Below, in pieces: positions 19,901 through 29,907 of a DNA stretch of 64,000 nucleotides. The translations under genes were made by a program, and so were the position numbers. The stretch's first letter is position 1. Each line of letters opens with the position of its first letter. The notes under the pieces are model-generated. The model searched no databases, was not told the DNA's origin, and saw nothing but the letters and a program-made list of their open reading frames with translations. Source of the stretch: Thermoanaerobaculia bacterium (GTDB taxonomy: Bacteria > Acidobacteriota > Thermoanaerobaculia > Multivoradales > Multivoraceae); NCBI GenBank assembly GCA_963666565.1, contig OY762911.1, positions 4,640,001-4,704,000 of the forward strand. The letters are read 5' to 3'.

Positions 19901-21737
19901 CGGACTGCCCGCCGTGACCCTGACCGCCGGCGGCGCAGCAAGAACCGTCGACCTGGCGCCTGCCTTCGGCGGCACGAACCTGGTCTTCGAGGCGGCTTCG
20001 CTCGATCCGGGCGTGGCGCGAGTCTCCGTCGCCGGAGCGTCGCTCACGGCCTCGCCGGTGCGGGAGGGCCGGACCGAACTGGTCGTCGCGGCGTCGAACA
20101 GCGCGGGGCGCGCCGAGCAGCGCTTCGCGGTCGTCGTGGTCACCTCCGCGGCGGAAACGGAAGTGCTCGAGAACGCGCTGGCGGCGGTAGGCCGCGCGAC
20201 GCTGACGAGCGTCGCGGCGACGGTCCGGTCCCGCTTTGCGACGAACCGCGACAACGCCGGGATACGGATTCTCGGGCAGGAGATCCCGCTGGCGGGCGGC
20301 GACGCCGGGAATCGCCTCGGCGGCAGCGCCGGAACGACCCGCTTCGGCGGCGGCTACGGCGGCCTTGGCGGCCATGACCGGAACGATCCGAACGCCCGCT
20401 TCGCGGATCGGGCGCTGGCCAGCCTCTCCTTCGAGATCCCGTTCAGCGCCGCCGCGGCAGAGAGCGCCGAAGGCGAAGAGGCCCTCGGACGCTCCCGGTC
20501 CTGGGCGCTCTGGGGCAGCGGCGACCTGGTCTCCTTCGACGGCTCGGAGCTGGAAGACGCCTCCTTCAGCGGCGACGCCCGCACCTTCTACGTCGGCGTC
20601 GACGGTCCCGTCGGCGAGCGCTGGCTGGCCGGAGTCGCGGTCTCCAGCCTCGACGCCCGAATCGACTACGCCTTCGCCTCGTCCGGCGAGGGCGCGGGCG
20701 GCGAGGGCGAAATGCGTTCCGAGCTCGCGTCCATCCTCCCCTACGCGCGGTACGACGCCGGAGGCGGCCGCGAGTTCTGGGCAGCGCTCGGCGCCGGCAG
20801 CGGCGACGCCAGTCTGGACCGCCAGCTAGCGGACGCCGGCGACCTGGACCCGGAGAAGAGCGACCTGTCCCTGCTGATGGGCCTGGTCGGCGGACGCTGG
20901 CGCCTCGGCGGCAGCGAAATGGACCTGGCGCTCGTCGGCGACGCCGGCTTCGCGGAGCTGGAGACCGACGTCGGCGAACGGGCGGTAGACGGCCTCGCCG
21001 CCCGCGTGTCGAGACTGCGCCTGGGTCTGGAGTTCTCGCGCGCCCTCGCCGCCCGCCATGGTTCCGTGACGCCGTTCGGCGAAGTCTCCGCCCGCCACGA
21101 CGGCGGCGATGGCGCGAACGGCGCCGGGCTGGAGGTCGCCGGCGGCCTCCGCTACCGGAGCGCCTCCGGCCGGGTGCGGTTCGAGGTGCAGGCGCGGACA
21201 CTGGCGCTGCACGCCGAGAGCGGCTATCGCGAGACGGGCTACTCGCTGAGCGCGTCGGTCGAGCCGCGCGAGGGCGGCGCCGGCTTCTCCCTGTCCGTCA
21301 CGCCGACCTGGGGCCGGATCGGCGGCGCATCCCTCTTCGAGGGGACGTCCTCCGTGCGGTCGCTGGCCGGCGCCGCTCTGCCCGGCGCAAGCCACGGACA
21401 GACGATGTCGTTCCGCACCCGCGCCGCCTACGGCTTCCGGCTGGGCCTCCCGGCAGCGCTGCTCGCGCCGTTCGGCGAGTATGAAACCCACGGCGCAGGC
21501 CCCGCCAGAGTCCGAGGCGGGTTCTTCTTCGGCCTCGAGCGCCGCCGCCATACTCTGACGGTGGAGCTTTCGACCGGCGCGGGAGGCGGCTTCGGCGCAT
21601 TCTCCCTGTCTCCGGCGCCGGCAGCGCCGGCGAACCGCGCCGGCGTCGGCGATCTCCAGAGCGGCGCCCTGACCCACGCCCTGACCGCGACCGTCCGCTT
21701 CGCGCCGCCGAGAGGAGCCTCGCCGAGAAGGCCGTGA
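16923..21737 (+). CDS. Large fibronectin type III / Ig-like repeat surface protein with C-terminal autotransporter-like beta-barrel
   Basis: Signal peptide; five FN3 repeats ending in a YxFx(V/L)RAVN motif; two Cys-containing FN3-like units; four Ig-like repeats; C-terminal barrel-type sequence (WALWGSGD, LPYARY, TPFGEV, GLEVAGG). Confidence 0.85.
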   Translation: MSRTGPGGARVSEGGLKRCGASRPERRRVRLPGLLLAALAAASSSAAMATVPSKPTKPTVAGQVSGRVALQSQVFSEGSSAITKWQYQVKKGEGDYSGWSHIEASNKLLVFTLGGFENGATYRFKVRAVNASGEGPASDESDPVTIPATTPSKPTAIGVSGDNASVELTWTAGSDGGGTITKWQYRQKAGEGNYGAWLEICRTQTDENCPNKASHTVDSLTNGTAYRFKVRAVNGTGNGAASDESAAVTPSTTPAKPTDLTVAASWQAVDLGWTAGGDGGSAITGWKYQQKEGNNNWGAWLTVPNSGASTTSHTITGLTTGAAYRFKVRAVNENGDGAESAASASATPPAATLAAGGIAATTATLTIGNYTESWYRKYTSPAGGACSSTAVSTASTTVNDLKENTSYTFAAYTDAACSTLLATAAPFPTLPPQPSKPAATAGTNDGELILASSVTGDAALTRWEYKKKSESGAYEPDWTTMSSTSATLNHTVAGLTVGTRYQFKVRAVNASGAGAESDASTLERAPGEVIEPEIEFYAIEIGRTAATLVVSGYPGPWWYQGSQKGAACTAVEAGTTTVSLIGLKPATSYTFRAYGEAGCLTDSELASTEITTQDPPEATAPPAPSRPTATPGHASVTLTWTSNGDGGAAIGKWQYVKRVGDGSFETEWTDVPGGGDARTCTVDGLVAGTAYRFMLRAVNSVGAGAPSAPSAAAIPTDLGPTVRSPLQDVALPLGGAPVSLDLAISFAGEDLTWEASVEDEAVVGIRLAGPSLTLSPLALGRTAVTVTAANGYGSVSLAFAVDVRDAMPFVGRRLPNATIRVDEGPLRMELADAFGGTSLRYAASSSNPDVARLSLEGSRLVVRPTGAGMADISVAASNGVGEAKQTFRLTVRDAPPRAVGTLPDLELAPGDDPVQIDIGPAFTGSSLVFSASSSNSAAVAVSVSMPVDGGGTLTLLPLAVGRATIAVRATNVSGDAVQRFTATVADRAPEVVGGLPAVTLTAGGAARTVDLAPAFGGTNLVFEAASLDPGVARVSVAGASLTASPVREGRTELVVAASNSAGRAEQRFAVVVVTSAAETEVLENALAAVGRATLTSVAATVRSRFATNRDNAGIRILGQEIPLAGGDAGNRLGGSAGTTRFGGGYGGLGGHDRNDPNARFADRALASLSFEIPFSAAAAESAEGEEALGRSRSWALWGSGDLVSFDGSELEDASFSGDARTFYVGVDGPVGERWLAGVAVSSLDARIDYAFASSGEGAGGEGEMRSELASILPYARYDAGGGREFWAALGAGSGDASLDRQLADAGDLDPEKSDLSLLMGLVGGRWRLGGSEMDLALVGDAGFAELETDVGERAVDGLAARVSRLRLGLEFSRALAARHGSVTPFGEVSARHDGGDGANGAGLEVAGGLRYRSASGRVRFEVQARTLALHAESGYRETGYSLSASVEPREGGAGFSLSVTPTWGRIGGASLFEGTSSVRSLAGAALPGASHGQTMSFRTRAAYGFRLGLPAALLAPFGEYETHGAGPARVRGGFFFGLERRRHTLTVELSTGAGGGFGAFSLSPAPAAPANRAGVGDLQSGALTHALTATVRFAPPRGASPRRP

Positions 21738-21797
21738 TCAGCCCAATCAGGAGTGTTCACAGGGCTGCGCTGTCGCGCAGGGATCGAGCCGTCTGCC

Positions 21798-21838
21798 GGG
21801 TGCGCGGGTCTTCCGACCCGCTGCCGGCGTAGCCGGCC
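21798..21838 (+). repeat. REP-like element between convergent genes
   Basis: GGGTGCGCGGGTCTTCCGACCCGCTGCCGGCGTAGCCGGCC. Confidence 0.85.
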
Positions 21839-21896
21839 AGGAAGTCGCGCCGGCCGACGGGCCGGCTCCACTCGGCCTGGCCCGCCGGCGACGACG

Positions 21897-22697
21897 CTAG
21901 CGGTTCCGCGTCAACGGCACGAACCGCACCGGGATCACCCGGGTCCGCTCCACCGACCCGTCCGCCCGCTTCTCCAGCACCTGGAGTTCCTGGCGGCCGC
22001 CATCGGGCCCCACCGGCAGCACCAGCCGGCCGCCGACCGCCAACTGGTCGACCAGGGGCTGCGGCACATGGTCCGGCGCCGCGGTGACGACGATCGCGTC
22101 GAACGGCGCCTCCTCCGGCCAGCCCGCGTAGCCGTCGCCGATCCGGGTCGTCACGTTCCGGTAGCCGGCCGCGTCCAGGTCCGCCGCCGCCCGCAGGCCG
22201 AGCGGCTCCACGATCTCGATCGTGTAGACGTGATCGACGATCTCCGCCAGCACCGCCGCCTGGTAGCCCGAGCCGGTGCCGATCTCGAGCACCCTGTCCT
22301 CCGGGTCGGGCTCGGCGAGCTCGGTCATCAGCGCCACGATGTAGGGCTGCGAGATCGTCTGGCGCCAGCCGATCCCGAGCGGCGAGTCGCGGTAGGCCCA
22401 CTCGCGGATCTCCTCCGGCACGAACAGGTGGCGCTCCACCTTCTCCATCGCGTCGATCACCCGGACATCGAGCACCGGCGGCCTGCCGTCGCGGGGTTCG
22501 GAGATCGTGTCGCGCACCATCTGCCGCCGGAGCGCCGTCAAGTCGACCCGTTCCTGGGCGGGTGCGGCGGAACCCGCGAGGCCCATCACGGCGGCGGCAG
22601 CGACGCCGAACCGCAGGCCCCGCGCCGCGGGCCGCCGAAGGGCCGCGTGTAGCCTTCGCCATCCCGTCCGACCGCCGCCAACCGAGGTTGTCGTCAT
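21897..22697 (-). CDS. pcm: Protein-L-isoaspartate O-methyltransferase (start uncertain; signal-peptide-like N-terminus)
   Basis: Motifs RHLFVP, QTISQPYIVALM, VLEIGTGSGYQAA, APFDAIVVTAA and VRFVPL. Confidence 0.92.
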   Translation of the reverse strand: MTTTSVGGGRTGWRRLHAALRRPAARGLRFGVAAAAVMGLAGSAAPAQERVDLTALRRQMVRDTISEPRDGRPPVLDVRVIDAMEKVERHLFVPEEIREWAYRDSPLGIGWRQTISQPYIVALMTELAEPDPEDRVLEIGTGSGYQAAVLAEIVDHVYTIEIVEPLGLRAAADLDAAGYRNVTTRIGDGYAGWPEEAPFDAIVVTAAPDHVPQPLVDQLAVGGRLVLPVGPDGGRQELQVLEKRADGSVERTRVIPVRFVPLTRNR

Positions 22698-22755
22698 CGC
22701 TCGCCCCCCAACTCCGCCCAAACGTCTGTGGAACCGACCGGGCCTGCAAGCGTAC

Positions 22756-23919
22756 ATGGGGACACTGGCCTGTTCGAGTTCCGGCCTGGGCATGTACCAG
22801 CTCCTCCTGCCCTGGCTGCTGATCAGCGCGCTTTCCCTGCCGGCCAGCCAGGTCGGCCCGCTGCAGGCGGCCGTCGGCCTTCCCGGCGTGATCATCATGC
22901 TCTGGGGCGGCGCCAGCGCCGACCGCGCGGACGCCCGGGCAACGCTGACCCGGGTGTTCGGTTCAGCGGCCCTCGTACCCCTCGCGCTGATTCTGGTACT
23001 CGAACTCGGAGAGCTCAGCGTCTGGACCGTTACCGCGTGGGGCCTCGGAATCAGCGCCGCCCTGTCCTTCTCCGGACCGGCCCAGCAGTCCGTGCTGAGC
23101 CGCATCGCGGGCCGGGATCTGCAGCGGGCGGTGACCGCGTCCACCGCCATCACGATGTTCACCACGATGATCGGGATCGGCGCCGCCGGTCAACTCGACC
23201 GAATCGGCCTGCGGCAGGTTCTGCTGGTTCAGTGCCTCTGCCTGGTCGTGGCGGCACTGTGGATCCGGCGAATCGGCTCGCACGAGTCCGCCAACGACGG
23301 GCCCACCGAGCCCACCTGGCGCCGGATCCGCGAGGGCTTCCGCGCCTCCTACCTCCAGCGTCCGGTCTTCGACGCGATGACGGTCAACTTCGTCTCCAGC
23401 ATCTTCAACGCCGGCGGCTTCCTGACCGCCTTTCCCTTCATCGTCCGGGAGGTCTACGACGGCGACGCGGAACTGCTCTCGTTGCTCATGATCGTCTTCT
23501 TCGCCGGCGCGGTCGTCTCGAACCTGATCATGCTCCGGTTCATGCCGTTCCGGAAGCCCGGCCGCTGGTTCGTCCTGTTCCAGCTCTCCCGCGTCGTCGT
23601 CCTCTTCCTGATCTGGATCGAACCCGCCTGGTGGCTGGTCGTCACCGCGGTCGTCGCCTGGGGCCTCAACATGGGCGTCACGACCACCCTGGCCCGAGCC
23701 ATCGTCCAGGAGGCCGCCGAACCGCTTTCCCGCGGCCGCGTCATGGCCGTCTTCGGCATCGGTCTGCTGGGCGCCCCGCTGATCGGCGCCGTCATCCTCG
23801 GCTGGATCGTGGAACAGTACGGTGCTCTCGCCGGCCTCGTCCCCGGCATGGCGGCTTCGGTGCTGTTGTTCCTCTACAGCATGGCGGCCACGGGGCTGTG
23901 GCGGTATCGGTCAGCCTGA
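22756..23919 (+). CDS. MFS transporter (start uncertain)
   Basis: Multiple hydrophobic helices; motif-A-like GASADRADAR; IVQEAAEPLSRGRVMA. Confidence 0.85.
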   Translation: MGTLACSSSGLGMYQLLLPWLLISALSLPASQVGPLQAAVGLPGVIIMLWGGASADRADARATLTRVFGSAALVPLALILVLELGELSVWTVTAWGLGISAALSFSGPAQQSVLSRIAGRDLQRAVTASTAITMFTTMIGIGAAGQLDRIGLRQVLLVQCLCLVVAALWIRRIGSHESANDGPTEPTWRRIREGFRASYLQRPVFDAMTVNFVSSIFNAGGFLTAFPFIVREVYDGDAELLSLLMIVFFAGAVVSNLIMLRFMPFRKPGRWFVLFQLSRVVVLFLIWIEPAWWLVVTAVVAWGLNMGVTTTLARAIVQEAAEPLSRGRVMAVFGIGLLGAPLIGAVILGWIVEQYGALAGLVPGMAASVLLFLYSMAATGLWRYRSA

Positions 23920-23959
23920 CGCTCTGAGCGGCGCCTTCGGGAGGACGGCCAGCCCGCGC

Positions 23960-24250
23960 GGACGCTACGGCGACCGCGTGATTGCCCGCGCTCATGGCCG
24001 TCACGCCGGCGCGCAGTCGTTCGGCGCTCAGCCGCGGGACGTTCGACAGCGCCCCTCACGCCTTGAACGTACCGGAGCGCCGAAAAAGCTCCAGCTTGGC
24101 GTGGACACGGCCGTTCCCCGGCAGGATCGCCCGCATCTCGGGGCCCGACCACTCGACGACCGGCGTTTCAACGATGTGAGGAGAGATCGGCGCAAGCGTC
24201 TCTTCGACCGACTCCAGCGTGATGCAACTGTCGTCGTCGCTCACCACCTT
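23960..24250 (-). pseudogene. Truncated PLP-dependent threonine/serine dehydratase-family pseudogene
   Basis: Reads ETPVV...AKLELFRRSGTFKA*GALSN...GVTAMSAGNHAVAVA in one frame. There is a TGA in place of the R of FKxRG, and similarity is lost after GNHA. Confidence 0.8.
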
Positions 24251-24313
24251 TAGTCTACCAACCGAAACAGGCGAGCCGGACGACCTCCGCGTCGACGCCA
24301 CCGACGACGCCGA

Positions 24314-25291
24314 TCAGTCGTCGCTGGTCAGCGGCGGGAAGCGCACCTCGAGCACCGACCTCCTTTCGACCGAGCCGTCAGGCAGCTTCTCCAACACCTG
24401 GAGTACCTGGGGGCCCTCCGGCGGTCCCACGGGCACCACGAGCTTCCCGCCCGCGGCAAGCTGGTCGATCAGCGTCTGTGGCACGGGGTCGACCGGCCCC
24501 TTGACCATGATCGAGTCGAACGGCGCGAACTCAGGCCAACCCTCGAAGGGTTCGCCAACCCCCACCGTCACGTTGCCGTAGCCGAGGTCGCCGAGGGTGG
24601 CGGCGGCCCGCTGAGCGAGCGCTTCATCGGGCTCGATCGTGTAGACGCGGTCCACCATCTCGGACAGCAAAGCAGCCAGGTAGCCGGAGCCGGTACCGAC
24701 CTCCAGCACCTTGTGGCCCGAAACAGGGAGCGTCGGTGTGGTGAACACTCTCGCCTCGCTTCCGGCACCGATCTCTACTTCGTGGGTGCGGAGGGGCACA
24801 GCGAGTTCGGCCATCAACGCCACGATGTAGGCATCCGGAGTCGTCCGGCCCCGGCCAATCGACAGCTCGGGACCGCGATAGGCGCGAACTTGCTCCGCCG
24901 CCGGAACGAAGCGATGCCGCGGCACTCCGGGCACACCACCCATCACCTGGACCACCCGGTGAACGTCCAGGTCCGGGCGGTCCATGGACCGCCCGAGAAC
25001 GTACCCCATCATCTCTCCACGCTCTTTGTTCCGCTCCCAGCGGGCGGCTCCAGCCACCCCCCTTGCTGCCATGACCGTGAAGTAGCAGACGGAGAAGAGC
25101 GTGAACACGCCGGCAGCCAACACGACGACCCGAGCGAACGCCAGGGGACGCGCCGCCGAGCGGTCCGCCAGGCGCCGTCTCAGCACGGCCCCCAACGGGC
25201 GGTCCAGTTGAATCCGGCCACCGACGGGTCCATGCCCGCGCCCCTGGTCGTCGATGCTCTTCCGAGTAACCAGGGATCGCCGGATCTTCAC
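24314..25291 (-). CDS. Divergent protein-L-isoaspartate O-methyltransferase paralog with N-terminal TM segment
   Basis: VPRHRFVP, YIVALMAEL, VLEVGTGSGYLAA, APFDSI and VRFPPL are present; TISQP is replaced by TTPDA. Confidence 0.78.
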   Translation of the reverse strand: MKIRRSLVTRKSIDDQGRGHGPVGGRIQLDRPLGAVLRRRLADRSAARPLAFARVVVLAAGVFTLFSVCYFTVMAARGVAGAARWERNKERGEMMGYVLGRSMDRPDLDVHRVVQVMGGVPGVPRHRFVPAAEQVRAYRGPELSIGRGRTTPDAYIVALMAELAVPLRTHEVEIGAGSEARVFTTPTLPVSGHKVLEVGTGSGYLAALLSEMVDRVYTIEPDEALAQRAAATLGDLGYGNVTVGVGEPFEGWPEFAPFDSIMVKGPVDPVPQTLIDQLAAGGKLVVPVGPPEGPQVLQVLEKLPDGSVERRSVLEVRFPPLTSDD

Positions 25292-25292
25292 G

Positions 25293-26141
25293 TCAACCGG
25301 CCCTCTGTCCCCCAGCCGCGCCCCGCCGCCGCAGCCACTCCACCGTGCTCAACGCCAGCAGCGCGAAGACGATCAGGAAGGTGGCGACGGCGAGGATCGT
25401 CGGGCTGATCTCCTCGCGGATGCCGGACCACATCTGGCGCGGCAGGGTGCGCTGTTCCAGGCCGCCCATGAACAGGACGACGACGAGTTCGTCGAAGGAC
25501 GCGGCGAAGGCGAACAGGGCGCCCGAGACGACGCCGGGCAGGATCAGCGGCAGTTGCACCCGGCGGAAGGCGACGAGGGGGTTCGCGCCCAGGTTGGCGG
25601 CCGCGCGCATGACCGTCCAGTCGAAGCCGGCCAGGGTCGCGCTCACCGTGATGACGACGAAGGGCGCGCCGAACACGGCGTGCGCGAGGACGATCCCGAG
25701 GTGGGTCTGCGCCAGGCCGAGGTTCGAGTAGAAGAAGAACATGCCGACGCCGGCGATGATGACCGGCGTGATCATCGGCGAGACGAGCAGCGCGGTGACG
25801 ATCTTGCGGCCCGGCATCGCCGGATGGGCCAGGCCCAGCGCCGCCGCCGCGCCGAGCACGGTGGCGACGACGGTCGCCGAGACGCCGATGATCAGGCTGT
25901 TCAGAAGCGGGCGCGTCCACTCGTCGCCGTCGAAGACGTTGCGGTACCAGCGCAGCGAGTACGCCTCCGGGTCGAGCCGCAGCATGCCCTCGGTGAAGGT
26001 GAAGTAGGGCTCGGCGTTGAAGCTGAGCGGCACCAGCACCAGGATCGGCGCGATCAGGAAGACGAAGGCGGCGACGCAGAAAGCCAGGTAGCCCCAGCGG
26101 GCGACCCGGTAGCCGGGGCTGACCGCCGTGACCGCCATCAT
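25293..26141 (-). CDS. potC: Polyamine/opine-type ABC transporter permease (PotC-like)
   Basis: EAA-like RAAANLGA, SFDELVV and TLPRQMW. Confidence 0.88.
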   Translation of the reverse strand: MMAVTAVSPGYRVARWGYLAFCVAAFVFLIAPILVLVPLSFNAEPYFTFTEGMLRLDPEAYSLRWYRNVFDGDEWTRPLLNSLIIGVSATVVATVLGAAAALGLAHPAMPGRKIVTALLVSPMITPVIIAGVGMFFFYSNLGLAQTHLGIVLAHAVFGAPFVVITVSATLAGFDWTVMRAAANLGANPLVAFRRVQLPLILPGVVSGALFAFAASFDELVVVLFMGGLEQRTLPRQMWSGIREEISPTILAVATFLIVFALLALSTVEWLRRRGAAGGQRAG

Positions 26142-26214
26142 CCGAGCCCTGTCCGGCCGATGCCGGCAAGGGCGCCGAAGGCCACGCGGCGGCCGCCGCG
26201 GGAAGCCCGCACGC

Positions 26215-27495
26215 TCACGCCCCCAGCCCGATCCGGTCGATGCCGACCAGCCGGTCGTACACCGCGTAGAGCAGGGTCACGCCGCCCAGCAGCAGCGCCG
26301 CCAGCGCCGCCGCCAGACCCCAGTTCAGCGAGGTCTGGACGTGGTACGCGATCATGTTCGAGATCAACTGGCCGCTCTGGCCGCCGACCAGGGCCGGAGT
26401 GATGTAGTAGCCGATCGCCAGGATGAAGGTGAGCAGGCAGCCGGCGCCGACGCCCGGCAGCGTCTGCGGCCAGTAGACCCGGCGCAGCGCCTGGAACGGC
26501 GTCGCTCCCAGCGAAACGGCCGCGTTCATGTAGGCGGGCGGGATGGCCCGCATGACCGAGTAGAGCGGCAGCACGAGGAACGGCAGCAGCACGTGGGTCA
26601 TCGCCACGAAGGTGCCCGTCATGTTGTAGATCATCGCGATCCGGCCATCGTCGCCGACCAGTCCGATGGCGACCAGGAAGTCGTTCACGATGCCCTGGTT
26701 CTGGAGCAGCACGATCCACGAGGTGGTCCGCACCAGCAGCGAGGTCCAGAACGGCAGCAGGACCAGCAGCAGCAGGACGTTCGCCCGCTTCGGCGGCGAG
26801 TTGGCGATCATGTGCGCCACCGGATAGCCGATCGCCAAGCACAGCAGGGTGACGCCCAGGCTGACCAGGAACGTGCGCCAGAACAGCGGCACGTAGATGC
26901 GCCACGCCTCCGGCGCGCGCTGGTAACCGCCATCGGGGCCGCGCTCGAAGTCGAGCGCCTTGAGGTAGTGGCGGGCGGTGAACCGCTGGCCGGCGGCCTG
27001 CAGAGCGCGCCACGGTTCCGGTCCGCCCCAGCGGGCGTCGATGGCCACCATCGTCTCGCGCCAGAAGGCGCCGTCCGTCGCCGCGCCGGCCGCCTCGGCG
27101 GCGGCCCGGGCCTCGACCATCTCCCGCGAACCGCCCATGATCGTGCTGCGCATGCCGCTCGCGACCCGGTTCACGCGGTTCGCCGTGCGCCCGAGGGTCC
27201 GCTCCTCGCGTGCCGCCACGAACTCGCGGGCCGTGGCCGCGAACGCCTCGTCGGGCGGCGTCCCCCGGCCGTCCCAGTCGCGCAGGGCCGCCATGGTCTC
27301 GGGGAGCGCGTTCGCGACATCGGGATCGTGGAAGCTCTTCGTCAACAGGCTGAGCATGGGGCCGAGGAACGTCACGGCGACGAACGCGACGAGCGGCAGG
27401 ACGAGACCGGCCGCCCGCAGCCGAGGCCCGAGCGCCCGGCGCCGCGGCGGCCGCGCAGGCGTCGGGCTGACGATTGGAGATTCCCGGGACGTCAC
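26215..27495 (-). CDS. potB: Polyamine/opine-type ABC transporter permease (PotB-like)
   Basis: LPFWTSLLVRT, NAAVSLGA and GYYITPALVGG. Confidence 0.88.
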   Translation of the reverse strand: MTSRESPIVSPTPARPPRRRALGPRLRAAGLVLPLVAFVAVTFLGPMLSLLTKSFHDPDVANALPETMAALRDWDGRGTPPDEAFAATAREFVAAREERTLGRTANRVNRVASGMRSTIMGGSREMVEARAAAEAAGAATDGAFWRETMVAIDARWGGPEPWRALQAAGQRFTARHYLKALDFERGPDGGYQRAPEAWRIYVPLFWRTFLVSLGVTLLCLAIGYPVAHMIANSPPKRANVLLLLVLLPFWTSLLVRTTSWIVLLQNQGIVNDFLVAIGLVGDDGRIAMIYNMTGTFVAMTHVLLPFLVLPLYSVMRAIPPAYMNAAVSLGATPFQALRRVYWPQTLPGVGAGCLLTFILAIGYYITPALVGGQSGQLISNMIAYHVQTSLNWGLAAALAALLLGGVTLLYAVYDRLVGIDRIGLGA

Positions 27496-27511
27496 GGCTC
27501 GCCCCCGGCCT

Positions 27512-28719
27512 TCACCGCGCCAGCCAGGCGGCGAAGCGCTCCTGCATCTCGTCGCTGTGGTCGGCCCACCACTCCCAGTCCGCCATCAGGTGGTTCTTCA
27601 TGTTCTCGGGGTTCGTCGGCATGTGCGGCCACATCTCGTCGCCCGTCTCGGCCTGCCGGCCGATCAGGGACTGCCCGGAGTAGCGTGCCGGGCTGTACGA
27701 GATGTAGCGCCCCACTCCCGCCATCGACTCGGACCGGGCCGCGAAGCGCATGAACTCCAGCGCCTCGGCGAGCTTCGGCGTGCCGGCCACGACGGCGAGC
27801 TGGCCGCGGTCCAGGATCTGGCCGTCCCAGACGATGACGAAGGGCTGATCCTCCAGCACCTGGGCGTTGAAGATCCGGCCGTTCCAGCCCGTGCTCATCA
27901 CCACCTCGCCGTCCGCCAGGAGCTGGGGCGGCTGCGCGCCGGCCTCCCACCACACGACCTCGTCCTTGATCGTGTCCAGCTTGCGAAGCGCCCGGTCGAG
28001 GCCCTCGGGGGTCGACAGCGTCTCGTAGACGCGCTCTCTCGGCACGCCGTCGGCCAGCAGCGCGAACTCCAGGTTGGCGTCGGGCTTGCGGTTCATGCCG
28101 CGGCGGCCGGGGAAGCGCTCCAGGTCGAAGAAGTCGGCGATCGTCGTCGGCGCCGGACCGGTCAGGGTCTCCGGGTTGTAGGCGTAGATCGTCGAGAACA
28201 CGAGAGTCCCCACGCCGCACTCCGTGTTCGTCTCGGGCAGGAAGTCCTCCGCCGCCGGTTCGCCGTTCGGGCCCGGCGGCAGGATCGAGGGATCGATCAG
28301 TTCCAGGATGCCCTCGTCGCAGCCGGTCACGGACTCGGAGACGTTCATGTCGACCACGTCCCAGTGAACCGATCCGGCCTCGACCTGGGCGCGGATCTGG
28401 GCCAGGCCGCCGTTGTAGTCCGCCAGGTTGACCTCGATGCCCGTCTCCGCCGTGAACGCCTCGTGGTAGCCCTTGACGCAGGCCCGGGCATAGGAACCGC
28501 CCCAGGAGACGACGGTGAGGGACCGCTCCCCGGGATCCGGCGCGCCGCCCGGCGCCTCGCCGGCCGCCAGGTCTCCGGGCGGGCCGCAGCCAGCCAGCAG
28601 GACGCCGGCCGCGATCAGGCAGGCCGCGGCGGCGCGACGGGCGCCTGCCGGCGACCGCGTTCGCCCTGCCGCCGCCCCGGCGGCGCGGGGCGGCGCCGCG
28701 GCGCGGAGCGGGAGCGCCG

Positions 28720-28726
<7 letters not shown>
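27512..28726 (-). CDS. potD: ABC substrate-binding lipoprotein (PotD/PotF-like)
   Basis: Lipobox LLAGC; VVSWGGSY, WDVVD and GWNGRI. Confidence 0.85.
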
Positions 28727-29862
<1,136 letters not shown>

Positions 29863-29907
29863 GGGCCATCACTATACTTGCCGCTGGCTGTCCTGGGTCC
29901 GTAGCAG

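Noticed and set aside
24056-24058. In-frame TGA as selenocysteine or read-through
   Set aside because: The position corresponds to a conserved Arg (CGA to TGA), and the gene is truncated shortly afterwards.
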